A stretch of DNA of 39,961 nucleotides, from assembly GCF_004010195.1 (NCBI RefSeq), contig NC_057720.1:18138425-18178385 (forward strand), written 5' to 3'. Positions 12,280-23,858 of this stretch are shown here, piece by piece. This stretch comes from Chiloscyllium plagiosum (taxonomy: Eukaryota). Below the pieces are notes generated by a model. The model saw nothing but the letters and a program-made list of their open reading frames with translations. It ran no database searches and was not told where the DNA came from. Positions within the stretch are counted from its first letter, which is position 1. Each line of letters starts with the position of its first letter. A program made the position numbers and the translations under genes.

Positions 12280-15200
12280 ACCAAACTTTGGCCTAATTCT
12301 GCTCCTATCAGCCCATTGAGTCTGCTCTGCCATTTGATTACAGCATATATTTCTCAAACCCATTCTCCGGTCTTCTCCATAACCTTTGATCCCCATACTA
12401 ATCAAGAACCTCTTCAATGCATTTGATGACTTTGTTTCAACAGCCCTCTGCAACAAAAAGTTCCACAGATTAACCGCCCTCTGGCTGAAGAAATTCCTCA
12501 TCTGCCTTCTAAAGGGTCACCTCTTCACTCTGAGGCTGTGACCTCACATCAAAGTCACTCCTACGAGTGGAAACACCTTCTCTACATCCACTCTACCTTG
12601 GCTTCTCAGTATTCTGTAAGTTTCTATCAGATCCTCCCTCAGAGTCATACAGACGTATAGCACAGAAACAGACCCTTCAGTCCAAGTCATCCATGCTGGC
12701 AAGAAATCCTAACTTAATCTATCCCATTTGCCAGCACTTGCCTATATCCGTCTAAACCCTTTCTATTCATACACACATCCAATGCCTTTTAAATGTTGTA
12801 CCAGCCTCCACCACTTCCTCTGGCATCTCATTGCATACACACACTACACTGTGAAAAAATTGCCCCTTAGGTCCCTTTTCTATCTTTCTCCTCTCACCCG
12901 AAACCCATGCCCTCGAGTTCTGGACTCCACCAACCCATGGAAAAGACCTTGTCTGTTTACCCTCACCATGCCCCTCATCATTTTATCAACCTGTATAAAG
13001 TCACCCCTCAGCCTCCGACACTGCAGCCTATTCAGCCTCTCCCTGTAGCTCAAACCCTCCAACCTTGACAACATCCTTGTAAAACCTTTCTGAACCCATT
13101 CAAGTTTTACAACATCCTTCCTATAGGAGGGAGACCACAATTACATACAATAATCCAAAGTGGCCTAACCAATGTCCTGTACAGCCACAACATGACTTCC
13201 CAGCTCCTATACTCAATGCTCTGACCAATAAAGGAAAGCACACTAAACACCTTCACGATCCTATCTTTCCCCACTCTGAGTACAGATCCAGAGTCCTCAC
13301 ATGACAAGCCGTTCATCCCTGCGATCATTCTTGTAAACCCTCTCTCGATTCTTCCTTTGCCAGCACATCCGTCCTTTGATACGGGGTCCAAACTGCTCAC
13401 AATATTCCAACTGTGGTCCCATCAAAACTTTATACAGCCTCAGCAGTACATCTCTGCTTTTATATTCTAGCCCTCTTGAAATGTATGCTAACATTGCATT
13501 TGTCTTCTTAACTATCAACTGAAACTGCGCAGAATCCTTAACTAGGATTGCCAAATCCCTTTGTGCTAAAGAGTCCTGAAGTCTTTCGCCATTTGGAAAG
13601 TAATCTACATCTTTATTCTTCTTATCGAAGTGCATAACCTCACACTTTCCCTCACTGTATTCCATCTGCCACTTCTTTACCCATTCTTCTAGCCTGTCCA
13701 AGTTCTTCTGCAGTCTCCCTGCTTCCTCAACACCATCTACCCCTCGACCTCATCCTTGTGCCAACTACAAACTTAGCAACAATATCCTTATTCCTTTGTC
13801 CAGGTTGTTAATGTATAAAATGAATAGTTGTGGTCCCAACGCAGACCCCTGTGGAACTCTACTAGTCACCAGTTGCCACCCTGAAAACGACCACTTTAAT
13901 CCTACTCTTTGCACTCTGTCAATCAACCATTCATTTACTCATGCCAGTACCTTGTCTCCAACACCATGGGCTCTTATCTTAGTTAGCAACCTCTTGCGCA
14001 GCACTTTGTCAAAGGCCTTCTGGAAATACAAATAGGTCACCTCCATGGACTGTCCATTGGCAGGCATAGCTTCCGCTTGACAAAGTTGTGCTAACTCAGC
14101 CCTATTTTACCATGCACTTCCAAGTACTCTGCAATCTCATCCTTAATAACGGATTCTTAAAATCTCACCAAGGTCAGGCTAATGGGCCTATAGTTTTCTA
14201 TATTCTGCCTATCTCCCTTCATAAACAGTGGTGTGACATGAGCAATTTCCAGTCCTTTGGGATCCTTCCTGACTCCAGTGATTCCTGGATGATGAGGATC
14301 AATGCCTCTACAATCTCCACAGCTATCTCCTTCAAAACTCTGGGGTATAGTCCATCTGGTCCAGGTGACCCATCCACCTTCAGACCTTTCAACTTCCCCA
14401 ACACCTATTCCTTAGTCATGGCCATTACGTTCATCGCTGCCCCTGACTCTTAAAAGTTATGGCAGACAGATGTCTTCCATTGTGAAAACTAATGCAAATT
14501 ATTCAGTTCCTCTGCCATGACTATGTTCCCTACTACTACTTCTCCAGCTTCTATTTCCAGCAATCCAATGTTCACTCTTCCCTCTCTTACCTTTAAATAT
14601 CGAAAAAAACTCTTGCAATCTTCTTTTATAATACTGCTAGATAACTCACCTATTTCATCTTCTACCCCCATTGCATTTCAGTTTGCCTCTATTGTTTTTT
14701 AAAAGCTTCCCACTAATCTTCACCACACTATATGCTTTTTGTTTTCCTTTTATGCTGCCCTGACGTCTTTTATCACCCATGGTTGCCTTGCCTTCCCCTT
14801 AATATGTTCCATCTTCCTTGGGATGAATTTCTGCTATACCTCCCAAATTACCCTCAGAAATCCCTTGCCATTTCTGCTCCGCAGTCTTCTTTGCCAGGCT
14901 TCCCTTTGATTCAATTCCAGCCAGCTTCTCCCTCATATCTTTGTAGTTACCTTTACTTAATTGTAATACCATTACATAGGATTCCAGCATCTCCTAATCA
15001 AACTGCAGGGTGACTTCTATCAAACTGCTCCCTGGAGACTCTTTCACCTTAAGCTCCCTAAACGAATCTGTCTCATTATACATCACAAAATCCATTCCGT
15101 AGAGGGCTCTACCTCAAGCTGCTCCAAAAAAAAATTTTGTTGAAATTCCACGAATGCCTTTTCTTGAGATCCACTACTAACCTGATCGGAGCTATCAGTC

Positions 15201-15430
15201 CACCTGAACATTGAAGACTCCATGATTATTCCAATAATGCTTGCTTACGAGCATTTTCTATCTTGTGATTTATTCTCTTCCCTACATCTTGACCACTGCT
15301 AGGAGGCCTGAACACAACGTCCATCAGGGTCTTTTGTTCCTCAACTCTACCCACACCTCTCCCAACTCTATACATCACGTTTTGCTATCAATTTAATTTC
15401 TTACTAACAAGGCAACACTCCGCCACCACC
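12280..15430 (-). mobile_element. Decayed CR1 LINE (EN to 3' end), interrupted by a younger CR1 3' fragment
   Basis: SPGPDGLYPRVLKE, WQMEYSEGKCEVMHF, LYKVLMGPQLEYC, RNFFSQRAVNLWN in minus-strand ORFs. Confidence 0.9.
12641..13267 (-). mobile_element. 5'-truncated CR1 LINE 3' end nested in an older CR1
   Basis: WSPSYRKDVVKLE.VQK.FTRML, RLRGD, RTRGH; same subfamily 3' UTR as 18517-19632. Confidence 0.85.
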
Positions 15431-15589
15431 ACCCACCCCCCCCACACGTCTTTCCTTTCGATAGGACACGGATCTTTGGATATTTAGCACCCAGCCCTGA
15501 TTCCCCTTGGAACAAAATCTGTGATACCCATAAAATACCAACCATGGGAGTGAAATGGAATCGTGGGCATGCGCACCACATTCAACAAT

Positions 15590-16035
15590 TTGAGAACTGG
15601 GTAGAAAACAAGAGACAGAACAGCCAGTCAAGAAGCTTACAAATTCACCCTGCACCTCCTTGACCTGCTGCAGTCCATGTGGTGAAACTATCCAAGATTG
15701 CTGTTCGTATCCTTACATAAAAAAAGAGGAGGACACAATTTGACTGGGACAACTCATCCATCCTCTGACAAGCTAAACAGAGACATGCATGAGAACTCCT
15801 AGAGGCTTGGTATTCTAACTAGAACTCCGTCAATATACACAGTGATTTGGACCCCATCTGCCATCCTCTGAGAAAAAGAACCGGAAATGATATTACCCAC
15901 CTTAAGAAACCAAGACACATAAATAGAAATCAGGACATAACACCAGCTCTTCACCAGAGGCTCACTAATGATGGTACCTAGTATGGTGACAAAACGTCTG
16001 AAAATGAACCTTCCCGTTCAGTGAGCAAACTTAGA
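15590..16035 (+). mobile_element. Penelope-like element 3' fragment (second family) with degenerate hammerhead motif
   Basis: FDWDN...QAKQRHA.ELLEAWYS...DLDPI GIY-YIG C-terminus; CTAATGA-stem-AAAACGTC at 15965-15998. Confidence 0.75.
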
Positions 16036-16209
16036 TACACATTCATCGTGCCAACCAATTTCAAATTATGCTGCAAGCTCATTTACCTTGTTTCATATGC
16101 TGTATACATTTAAGTACAACACTGTCAGTCCTGAGTCGGCTGTCCCCCTTCTCATAATAGTCCCCTTTACCTGCTGTGCCTGAAGTTAGATTCCAGAGGC
16201 TTTTCATAT

Positions 16210-16465
16210 TCTATCCTATTGCTCATCTAGAAACTTCAAAACCTCAGCTAAGCCCTTCCCCCATGTTTAACTTTTTCTATAATTTTCCATGTCACTGAAC
16301 ATACCACCCCACTATTTATTTTAAAGACCTATCAACAGCCCAGCTATGTGATTCACCAGGACTTAGGTCTTAGCTTGATTCAGGTGGAGCCCATCCCATT
16401 GGAACAACTCCCTCCTGTCCCAATACTAGTGCCAATGTTGTATAAATATGAATCGGTTTCACCCA
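16210..16465 (-). mobile_element. CR1 ORF1 esterase fragment
   Basis: Minus-strand translation RFIQHWH*YWDRRELFQWDGLHLNQ (DGLH motif of the SGNH esterase). Confidence 0.7.
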
Positions 16466-16879
16466 CCACTGATAACCCATCTCAGCAGGCTAATGAAGAT
16501 CATTAAGTTTTAACTTCCCCATTAGTGAGGTGATGAGATAATTATGAAATCATTCGGGCTCATTTTAGCAGAACGAATCTTAATATTATCTTTCGTCCAC
16601 ACTCTGCTGCAAACAGATAGCTCATCTCCTTTTGTCAGTTTTAGATGGGATGCCTATATGGATGTGGCGGTCCAGAAGCTTTTAGAAATACTATCACGTA
16701 ATTAGTCTCAGCTCCACTTTGAGTATATCAAGACTGTCCATTTTCAAAAGGAGAATTTGAACCAGAAAGCATAGAATAGAAATTGCTGAGAGATTTCTCT
16801 TCAAGCCTGCTGGCTCGGACAGTCTATGTGGACATGCACTGCTTCACTATCAAAGGATTACATTAGAATTATGCTAAAT

Positions 16880-17110
16880 AACTGTCCATTCATCAGCAAG
16901 CATCCTCACTTCTGATCTCATTATAGAAGGAAGCTTAATGAAGATGATGGTTCGGCCTTGGATACTACCTTAAGTATACCCACAGTGATAGCCTGGCACT
17001 GAAGTGAATCACTTCCAACAGCCATAACTATCTTCCTTTGTTCTAGACATGACTCTGACCAGTGGAGACTTTTCCCCAATTCACACTGACTTCAGTCTTG
17101 TTGAGGCTCC
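16880..17110 (-). mobile_element. Old CR1/L2-group LINE RT fragment
   Basis: Degenerate G..GS..GP...LPSI.RSEV.M.AD resembling the PQGS..GP / FADD motifs. Confidence 0.55.
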
Positions 17111-17246
17111 TTAAGACTGTAGAATGAAATAAAATAACTTCAGATATTAAAATATAGACAGGAAAAGGTTTCTTTAACTGAACTTACTGGATTCCACTGG
17201 GAGTGTTTACCCAGATACCCTGTATTTAGTGTTTTCCTCAACAAAT

Positions 17247-17906
17247 TGTTACGACACGGGTTAACCCTCTTGCAACAAAGAAAAGATTTATCCCATGCAG
17301 TAATCTGTAAAAATTCAAGTGGCCAAGAACTATGTAAAGTAAAAATTAACAACTTTATTTCTTAAAGTATAACAGAGAATAATTAACTAACAACTATTTA
17401 CAAGTCCTTACTCCAACCTATCTTTTACCTTCCCTTCTATACTAGCCCAATAAAACTCCCATTAAGATTTACAAAACAACATTTATCTCAAAACCAGGCA
17501 GTTTTTGGTTCTTCTTTTTGGATCTTATTTTCTTCTGAGGAATTTCTGCATCACAAGTTACTGATCGAAAAGGTACCTTTAAGGGTGCTATTTTTTCAGG
17601 CAGTGTGTTTACATGCTGGGCTTGGCAGTTCACCTCTCAACTGTTCAATTTTTCCCCAGTCTGACTGTCTCACTGGCTTTTAAGATTGTCAATATACTCA
17701 ATTACTTGATTGGAAATTGGTATTTCTCGGGGTATAATTTAAACTGATTGGCCTAATTCGAATCTGTTTTTTGTTGTTTCCAGGCAACCAGCTACTCCAG
17801 TAGCTGGAACACATGTTACATTGTGCATTATTGAGAACACTTGGTGCCGTCACTTCGAGCTTTTAACTCTCTTAAAAGATATAGTTCACCCGTATCTTCA
17901 TAAACA
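17247..17906 (-). mobile_element. Solo LTR (Gypsy or ERV-type), TG...CA, 4-bp TSD AAAT
   Basis: Termini tgttac...taaaca; AAAT at 17243-17246 and 17907-17910; reverse-complement homolog of 21227-21921. Confidence 0.85.
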
Positions 17907-18516
17907 AAATCATTTAATCACTTATGATGTTGTCCAAATTATTGCTGACAGACCAAATGTGGTCTATGTGCTCTGGCAAATTTTACATATTGTTCAGTTC
18001 CATTTGCTCTGACATTTCTTTTACGCTGATTTGCTTCAAACGAATTCTGTAGTCAAATGAGTTCGAAGAAGTTGTAGGCCACTTTTCTTTCATGTCTGCT
18101 CCACCATTAGATGAGGTCATGCATGATACGATTGTTCTGTCTTTCCACTCAGCCCTGATCATCTTTCACAGCCTTGCTTATCCATAAGTTACCTCTGCCC
18201 GATAACCTTTTTGAAGAAGTTCCAAAGATCACAATTCTCAAAAGATTTCTTCTGGCCTGTGGCTTAAATGGGTGGCCCCTTAGTGTCGTCTCGTGCTACA
18301 TTTTCCCCACAAGAAGAAATATCCTTTTCATATCCACCCTGTCAAGACCCTCAGGGTTTTGTACATTTCAACCAAGTGACCTCCTATTCTTTTAAATTCG
18401 ACTGGAAACAAGAGGAGCCTGTCCAAACAGTGCTCATTAGACAGTCTGCCTAATCCTGGAAACTGCCTAATAAATCTCTGAACTGTTTCCAATGCTTTTA
18501 CTTAATTCCTTAAATT

Positions 18517-19632
18517 CAGAGTCAGAGATGTGTAGCACGGAAACTGACCCTTCGGTCCACCTCGTCCATGCCAACCAGATATCCTAACCTAATGTAGTCT
18601 CATTTGCCAGCATTTGGCCCATATCCCTCCAAACCCTTCCTATTCATATACGCATCCAGGTGCCTTTTAAATGCTGTAATTGAACCAGCCTCCACAACTT
18701 CCTCTGGCAGCTCGTTCCATACGCGCACCACACTCTGCATGAAAAATTGTCCCTTAGGTTCCTTTTAAATCTTCCCCCTCTCACCCTAAATCTATGCCCT
18801 CTAGTTCTGGACGCCCCACCCTAGGGAAAAGACCCTGACTACTTACTCTATCCATGCCCCTCATCGTTTTATAAACCTCTAGAAGATCACCGCTCAGCAT
18901 CAGATTCTCCAGGGAAAACAGCCCCAGCCTATTCAACCTCGCCCTGTAGCTCAAATCCTCCAACCTTGACAATATCCTTGTTAATCTTTTCTGAACTCTT
19001 TCAAGTTTCACAACATCCTTCTGATAGGAAGGAGACCAGAACTGCATGCAATATTCCAAAAGTGGCCTAACCAATGTCCTGTGCAGCCACAACATGACTT
19101 CCCAATTCCTGTACTCAATGCCCTGACCATGAAAGGAAAGCATTCTTCACTATCCTATCTACCTAGGACTCCATTTTCGAGGAGTTATGAACCTGCACTC
19201 CAAGGTCACTTTGTTCAGCAACATCCGCAGGACTTTACCTTTGAGCGTATAAGCGCTGCTCTGATTTGCTTTCCTGCAATGCAACATCTCACAATTAACT
19301 AAGTTAAACTCCATCTGCCACTCCTCAGGCCACTGGCCTACCTGATCAAGATCCTGTTGTAATCTGAGGTAACCTTCTTTGCTGCCCACTAAACCTCCAA
19401 TTTTGGTGTCATCTGCAAACTTACGAACTATACCTCCTATGTTCATATCCAAATCATTTATATAAGTGATGAAAAGCAGTGGAACCAGCACCGATCCTTG
19501 TGGTTAGCACTGGTCACAGGCCTCCGGTCTGAAAAGCAACCCTCCACCACCACCCTCCGTCTTCTACCTTTAAGCCAGTTCTGTATCCAAATGGTTAGTT
19601 CTTGCTGCATTCCATGAGATCTAACCTTGCTA
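18517..19632 (-). mobile_element. 5'-truncated CR1 LINE (RT C-terminal part plus 3' UTR), next to an older CR1 3' remnant at about 18050-18510
   Basis: KFADDTKIGG, WQMEFN, LVRPLLEYCMQFWSP. Confidence 0.92.
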
Positions 19633-20784
19633 TAGTGAATAATGAGACCTAGAGCTTTAGAAAATTATCTTCCTAATACCGCTATCTTATTAGTGAATAG
19701 ACGTATAATGAAGATGCCAAGATCCCACAGTTTACAAGTTTACAATATGTCCAAATTATAGGAACATGGGTGTTCAAGGAGAAAAGATACTGAACACTAG
19801 GTTCACAAGTTTCAAGGAAAAATGCTACTGCAGCTTGGTGCAAAGACTATAAATTGACATTTCAAGCTTCTGCTAATACAACAGTACCTGGAGAGAGAGA
19901 AACAAAGTTTAACAGTGATGTCTGTGACATTTGTCTTGTTTTTCTCTAGACAGTTATTGCCAAAGATGCTGGGTATTTCCAGCACTTAAGGTTACTATTT
20001 CTGCAGCATTCTGCATCTGTAGTATTTTGTTTAGGTCTTATTAATAAAATCATTTGCTCCACAAAACATACAGCAGATGTTGGCGTGTAATTTTGTTTAA
20101 TTTGCTTTAAATCCACTGACCAGATGCCCCCTGCAGGAAAGTTACAGAGATACACCCATAGATTTATTTGAGGTTAACACTAACAGCTGCTCCTGCAAAT
20201 AACAAGCTTTAGGTCAAATAATGAATTCAGAAGAGCAAGCAAGAAACTAATGTCATTCTCTCCATTTTAATAAAAAAAACTTAATACTTAGAAGTTGAAC
20301 ATCTGAAGTGTGACAGTCTCAAATAACAAGAATATTGTGCTAAATTTTGTTAAAATTACACTGGTGTTGCTTATTAGAAATCCATGATGTCAGACCATGG
20401 AAATGATTGAATTTTGAAAAAAAAATCACTATGTAACCTGCACATTGTCTAATTTGTGCTGCTGTGCAAGGTACCAAACAGAAGCCAGATGTTTTATCTA
20501 ATGAAATACCGACTGATGCATCAATTGAGTTACACTTGTACACCTCCTAGTGGCTGATTCTAAATTGGCATCAGTTTATTTTGGTGTCACTGGCAATATC
20601 AGCATTTACTGTCCAACCCAAATTGCCCTTTCAAGATTACGTAGCTGCATTTTTGAACTACACAGTTCACACGATGCGGATATACCCACAATGGCTTTTG
20701 GGGTATCCAGCATTTTTGATTCAATAACAGTGAAAAAATACCAATATACTTCCAAAATGTGGATATACCAGAGTTGGACTGGAG

Positions 20785-21992
20785 TGGTTATAGTCCCAAC
20801 AGGTTTCAGAGCTCTGCTCCTTCCTCAGGTGCGATAAGATAGAGAGGTATAAGACACAGTATTTATAAGCAAAAAGTTAACATTAAAACTAGCTGCCCTT
20901 GTCGAATCCTTTAATCAATTAGGAGGTAGACTGCTGATTAAAACGCAAAATCCATATTCCTTTCGAGTCTTTGTCCCAGACATCATCTTAAAACATAAGA
21001 TTCTAACAGGACTTCACACCTGTTAGCATTGTCTAACCTGAGATACCACCTCTTGTAGATCGATAAAACCTTTAGTTATCGAGGGGCAAAGACTTGAAAG
21101 GAATCTGGATTTTACATTTTAAGCAGCAGTCTTACCTCCTAACTAATTAAAGGATTCAAGGGCAGCTAGTTTTGAAGTTGTCAACTTTTTGCTTATAAAT
21201 TCTGTGTCTTAAAACTCCCAATCATATGTTATGTAGATGTGGGTATACTAGAGAGAGTTAAAAGCAGCAGAACTACCAGACACAGGACCAAGTGTTCTCA
21301 ATAAGGCAACAATGTAACACTTGGTCTAACAACTCGCTGAGCTTGTTGCCTGGAGACAAAAACAAATTTGAATTCGGCCAGTTTAAATTATACCCCGAAA
21401 AATATCAAACTCCAATCCAGTTTGAATTGAGTAGACTGACAATCTTAAAAGCCAATGACACAATCTGATGCTTTGGGGGTATAAGACCGGGTAAATTGAG
21501 GGGAGAACTAACAAGCCCAGCATGTAAACAGACTGCCTGAAAGTAGCTCTCTTAAAAAGTACCTTTTCAATCAGTAACTTGTGATGCAGAAATTCCTAAG
21601 AAATAAGACCACAGAGGATGATCCAAATAGAACAACAAAAGCTGCCTGATTTTGAGATAAGAAATTCAGTTTTGAAAATCTAAATTGGGAGTTCTATTGG
21701 ACTAGTATTATAGAAGGGAAGGTAAAAGATAGGCTAGAGGAAGAAATTGTAAATAGTGATTAGTTAATTAATCTCTGTTATACTTTAAGAAATAAAAGTC
21801 GTTAATTTTTACTTTACATAGTTCTTGGCCACTCGAATTTTTACAGATTACTCCGTGGGATAAATCTTTTCTGTGTTGCTGGTTTTAAATTAAGCAGGAG
21901 GGCTTATCCAATGTTGTAACACAGCACACCTGAGGAAGGAGCAGAGATTCGAAAGCTTGCAATTTCAAATAAACCTGAACTAACACCTGGTG
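20785..21992. mobile_element. Fold-back PLE-derived element with CTGAGGA-type hammerhead-like motif in both arms, split by a solo LTR
   Basis: About 20785-20990 is the reverse complement of about 21080-21226 plus 21922-21992; CACCTGAGGAAGGAGCAGAG is present in both orientations. Confidence 0.75.
21227..21921 (+). mobile_element. Solo LTR, same family as 17247-17906
   Basis: tgttatg...tgtaaca termini; TATAAG box at about 21480 and AATAAA at about 21790; TSD not preserved. Confidence 0.8.
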
Positions 21993-21999
21993 CTTTCTG

Positions 22000-22345
22000 C
22001 CAGAACCATTCCCTTCATCAATCCTTGTTTCGCACCACTCTCCCAATCGACCCTGCCCCCAACCCCCAGGTACCTTCCCCTGCAACTGGAAAAGATGCAA
22101 AACCTGCCGGCATACCAACCCCTCACCTCCATCCAGGGCCCCAAACAAACAGTCTTTCTCTCCTCTAACCTAGTTTACTGTATCCGGTGCTCCCGATGTA
22201 GTCTTTTCTACATCGGGAGACCAAACATAAACTGAGGGAACATTATACCCGAAACGTCGATTTCTCCACCTCCTGATGATGCCTGGCTTGCTGTGTTCTT
22301 CCAGTGTCCTGCTTGTCTACCTTGGATTACAGCTTCTGCATTTTT
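22000..22345 (+). mobile_element. Penelope-like element fragment (Cys linker / GIY-YIG start)
   Basis: PGTFPCNWKRCKTC, NLVYCIRCSRCSLFYIG; partial CCCGAAACGTCG hammerhead half at about 22247-22260. Confidence 0.8.
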
Positions 22346-22411
22346 TTTTGTCTCTCACCAATATCGTTTGACTTTTGACAATGTACTTCCAGTCAACAAC
22401 ATCCTGAACCG

Positions 22412-22526
22412 AGGAGAAAGTGAGGTCTGCAGATGCTGGAGATCAAAGTTGAAACTTTATTGCTGGAACAGCACAGCAGGTGATGCTGCCTGACCTGCTG
22501 TGCTGTTCCAGCAATAAAGTTTCAAC
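22412..22526 (-). mobile_element. Miniature fold-back PLE terminus with 19-bp flanking direct repeat
   Basis: Perfect 34-bp stem 22448-22481/22493-22526; TCAACAACATCCTGAACCG at 22393-22411 and 22522-22540. Confidence 0.85.
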
Positions 22527-22825
22527 AACATCCTGAACCGGACATGCAGTGAATTTTCATTTCGTTGTATACCTCATTCCTACTTTGTCTCTTTCTCTCT
22601 TTTGCCTGCTACAGTATTGCAATGGAGCTTAATGCAAACTCAACGAACAGGACCTCCATTTGACTGGGCATCTTAAAACCTTTTGGACACAATAATTAGT
22701 TCAACATTGTTCAATTCTAAGCTCTGTCCTAATTTTGTTTCATTCTTCTTTGCTTTTACTCCCCTCATTTTAAATAATATTCCCTTCACTTTGATTCCAG
22801 ATTACAGCTGTTCAAATTCCTGCCA

Positions 22826-22972
22826 GTCATATAGATGTACAGCATGGAAACAGACCCTTCGGTCCAACCCGTCCATGCCGACCAGATATCCCAACCCAAT
22901 CCAGTCCCACTTGCCAGCACCTGGCCCATATCCTTCCAAACCTTTCCTATTCATACACCCATCCAAATGCCT
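22826..22972 (-). mobile_element. Short CR1 3' end
   Basis: Matches the 3' UTR of the CR1 at 18517-18670 (RHLDGCMNRKGLEGYGP). Confidence 0.8.
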
Positions 22973-23858
22973 CATCACTGACACATCTTTTATTTTTACT
23001 TGCCCTGTTACCCATGGCCTTTCAACATGAAATCTCTCCTGTCCTACAGTCTATCAGACACTTTCTCTTTCTTTGTTCTTCCCACCCTTCCACTTGCTGA
23101 GAACTTAACATATTTCCATGTTTTCTCATATTTGGTGAAACATAAGAGACCTGAAATATTAAACCTGGTTCTCAATCCAAAGATGCTGCTAGACCTGCTA
23201 AGTATCTCCAGCATCCATAAATATTTTTACATGGATGCTTGAACATGAATTCACCTCCCCAGGTGCATGCTCAATTTTTGTCCAACTCTACTTTAATTCT
23301 TTCAATGAAACTTCATCCTACACTGAAGCAGATTTAATCAAAGCTGCAAATGATATTCTCAATTGTTGTAATCAACTTGCAGGATTTTGCATTCTCCTCT
23401 CAACCTGACTACAGCCTTTGATACAGACAACAACTCCATCTTCAAATGCCTCAGTCTGGGATTGGTAATAAAGACTGGCCTAACCAGCAAAATCCAAATC
23501 CTGTAAGTGAATGAAAAATGTCTTTCATCTAACTCAGTAGGATTGCTCTTGATAGATTCCACTCTCACCTATCAAATCATAACCAAAGCATCTCCAGAAA
23601 TACTCAGGTCATTTCTAGATCGAAACATTCTAACACTCTCTTGCATAGCCTTCCTGCTCTATGTACCATAAACCCAAGCACAAGTAAGACTCTGCTGGCT
23701 GTCACCCATGCTGCACCAAATTGCCTAACCATAATCCCTGAACTTGCTAACTTAGCTGGCTCCTTATTCTCTCAGTCCTCAAATCTTAAATATCATGGTT
23801 CATTGGACTCATATCTGCATTATTCAATTCTGGCCACTTGTGGAATTATTTCTTTCAG

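Noticed and set aside
17247..21921. Full-length provirus or TIR transposon bounded by the two long repeats
   Set aside because: The repeats are inverted, the first has its own TSD, and the interior has no gag, pol or transposase motifs.
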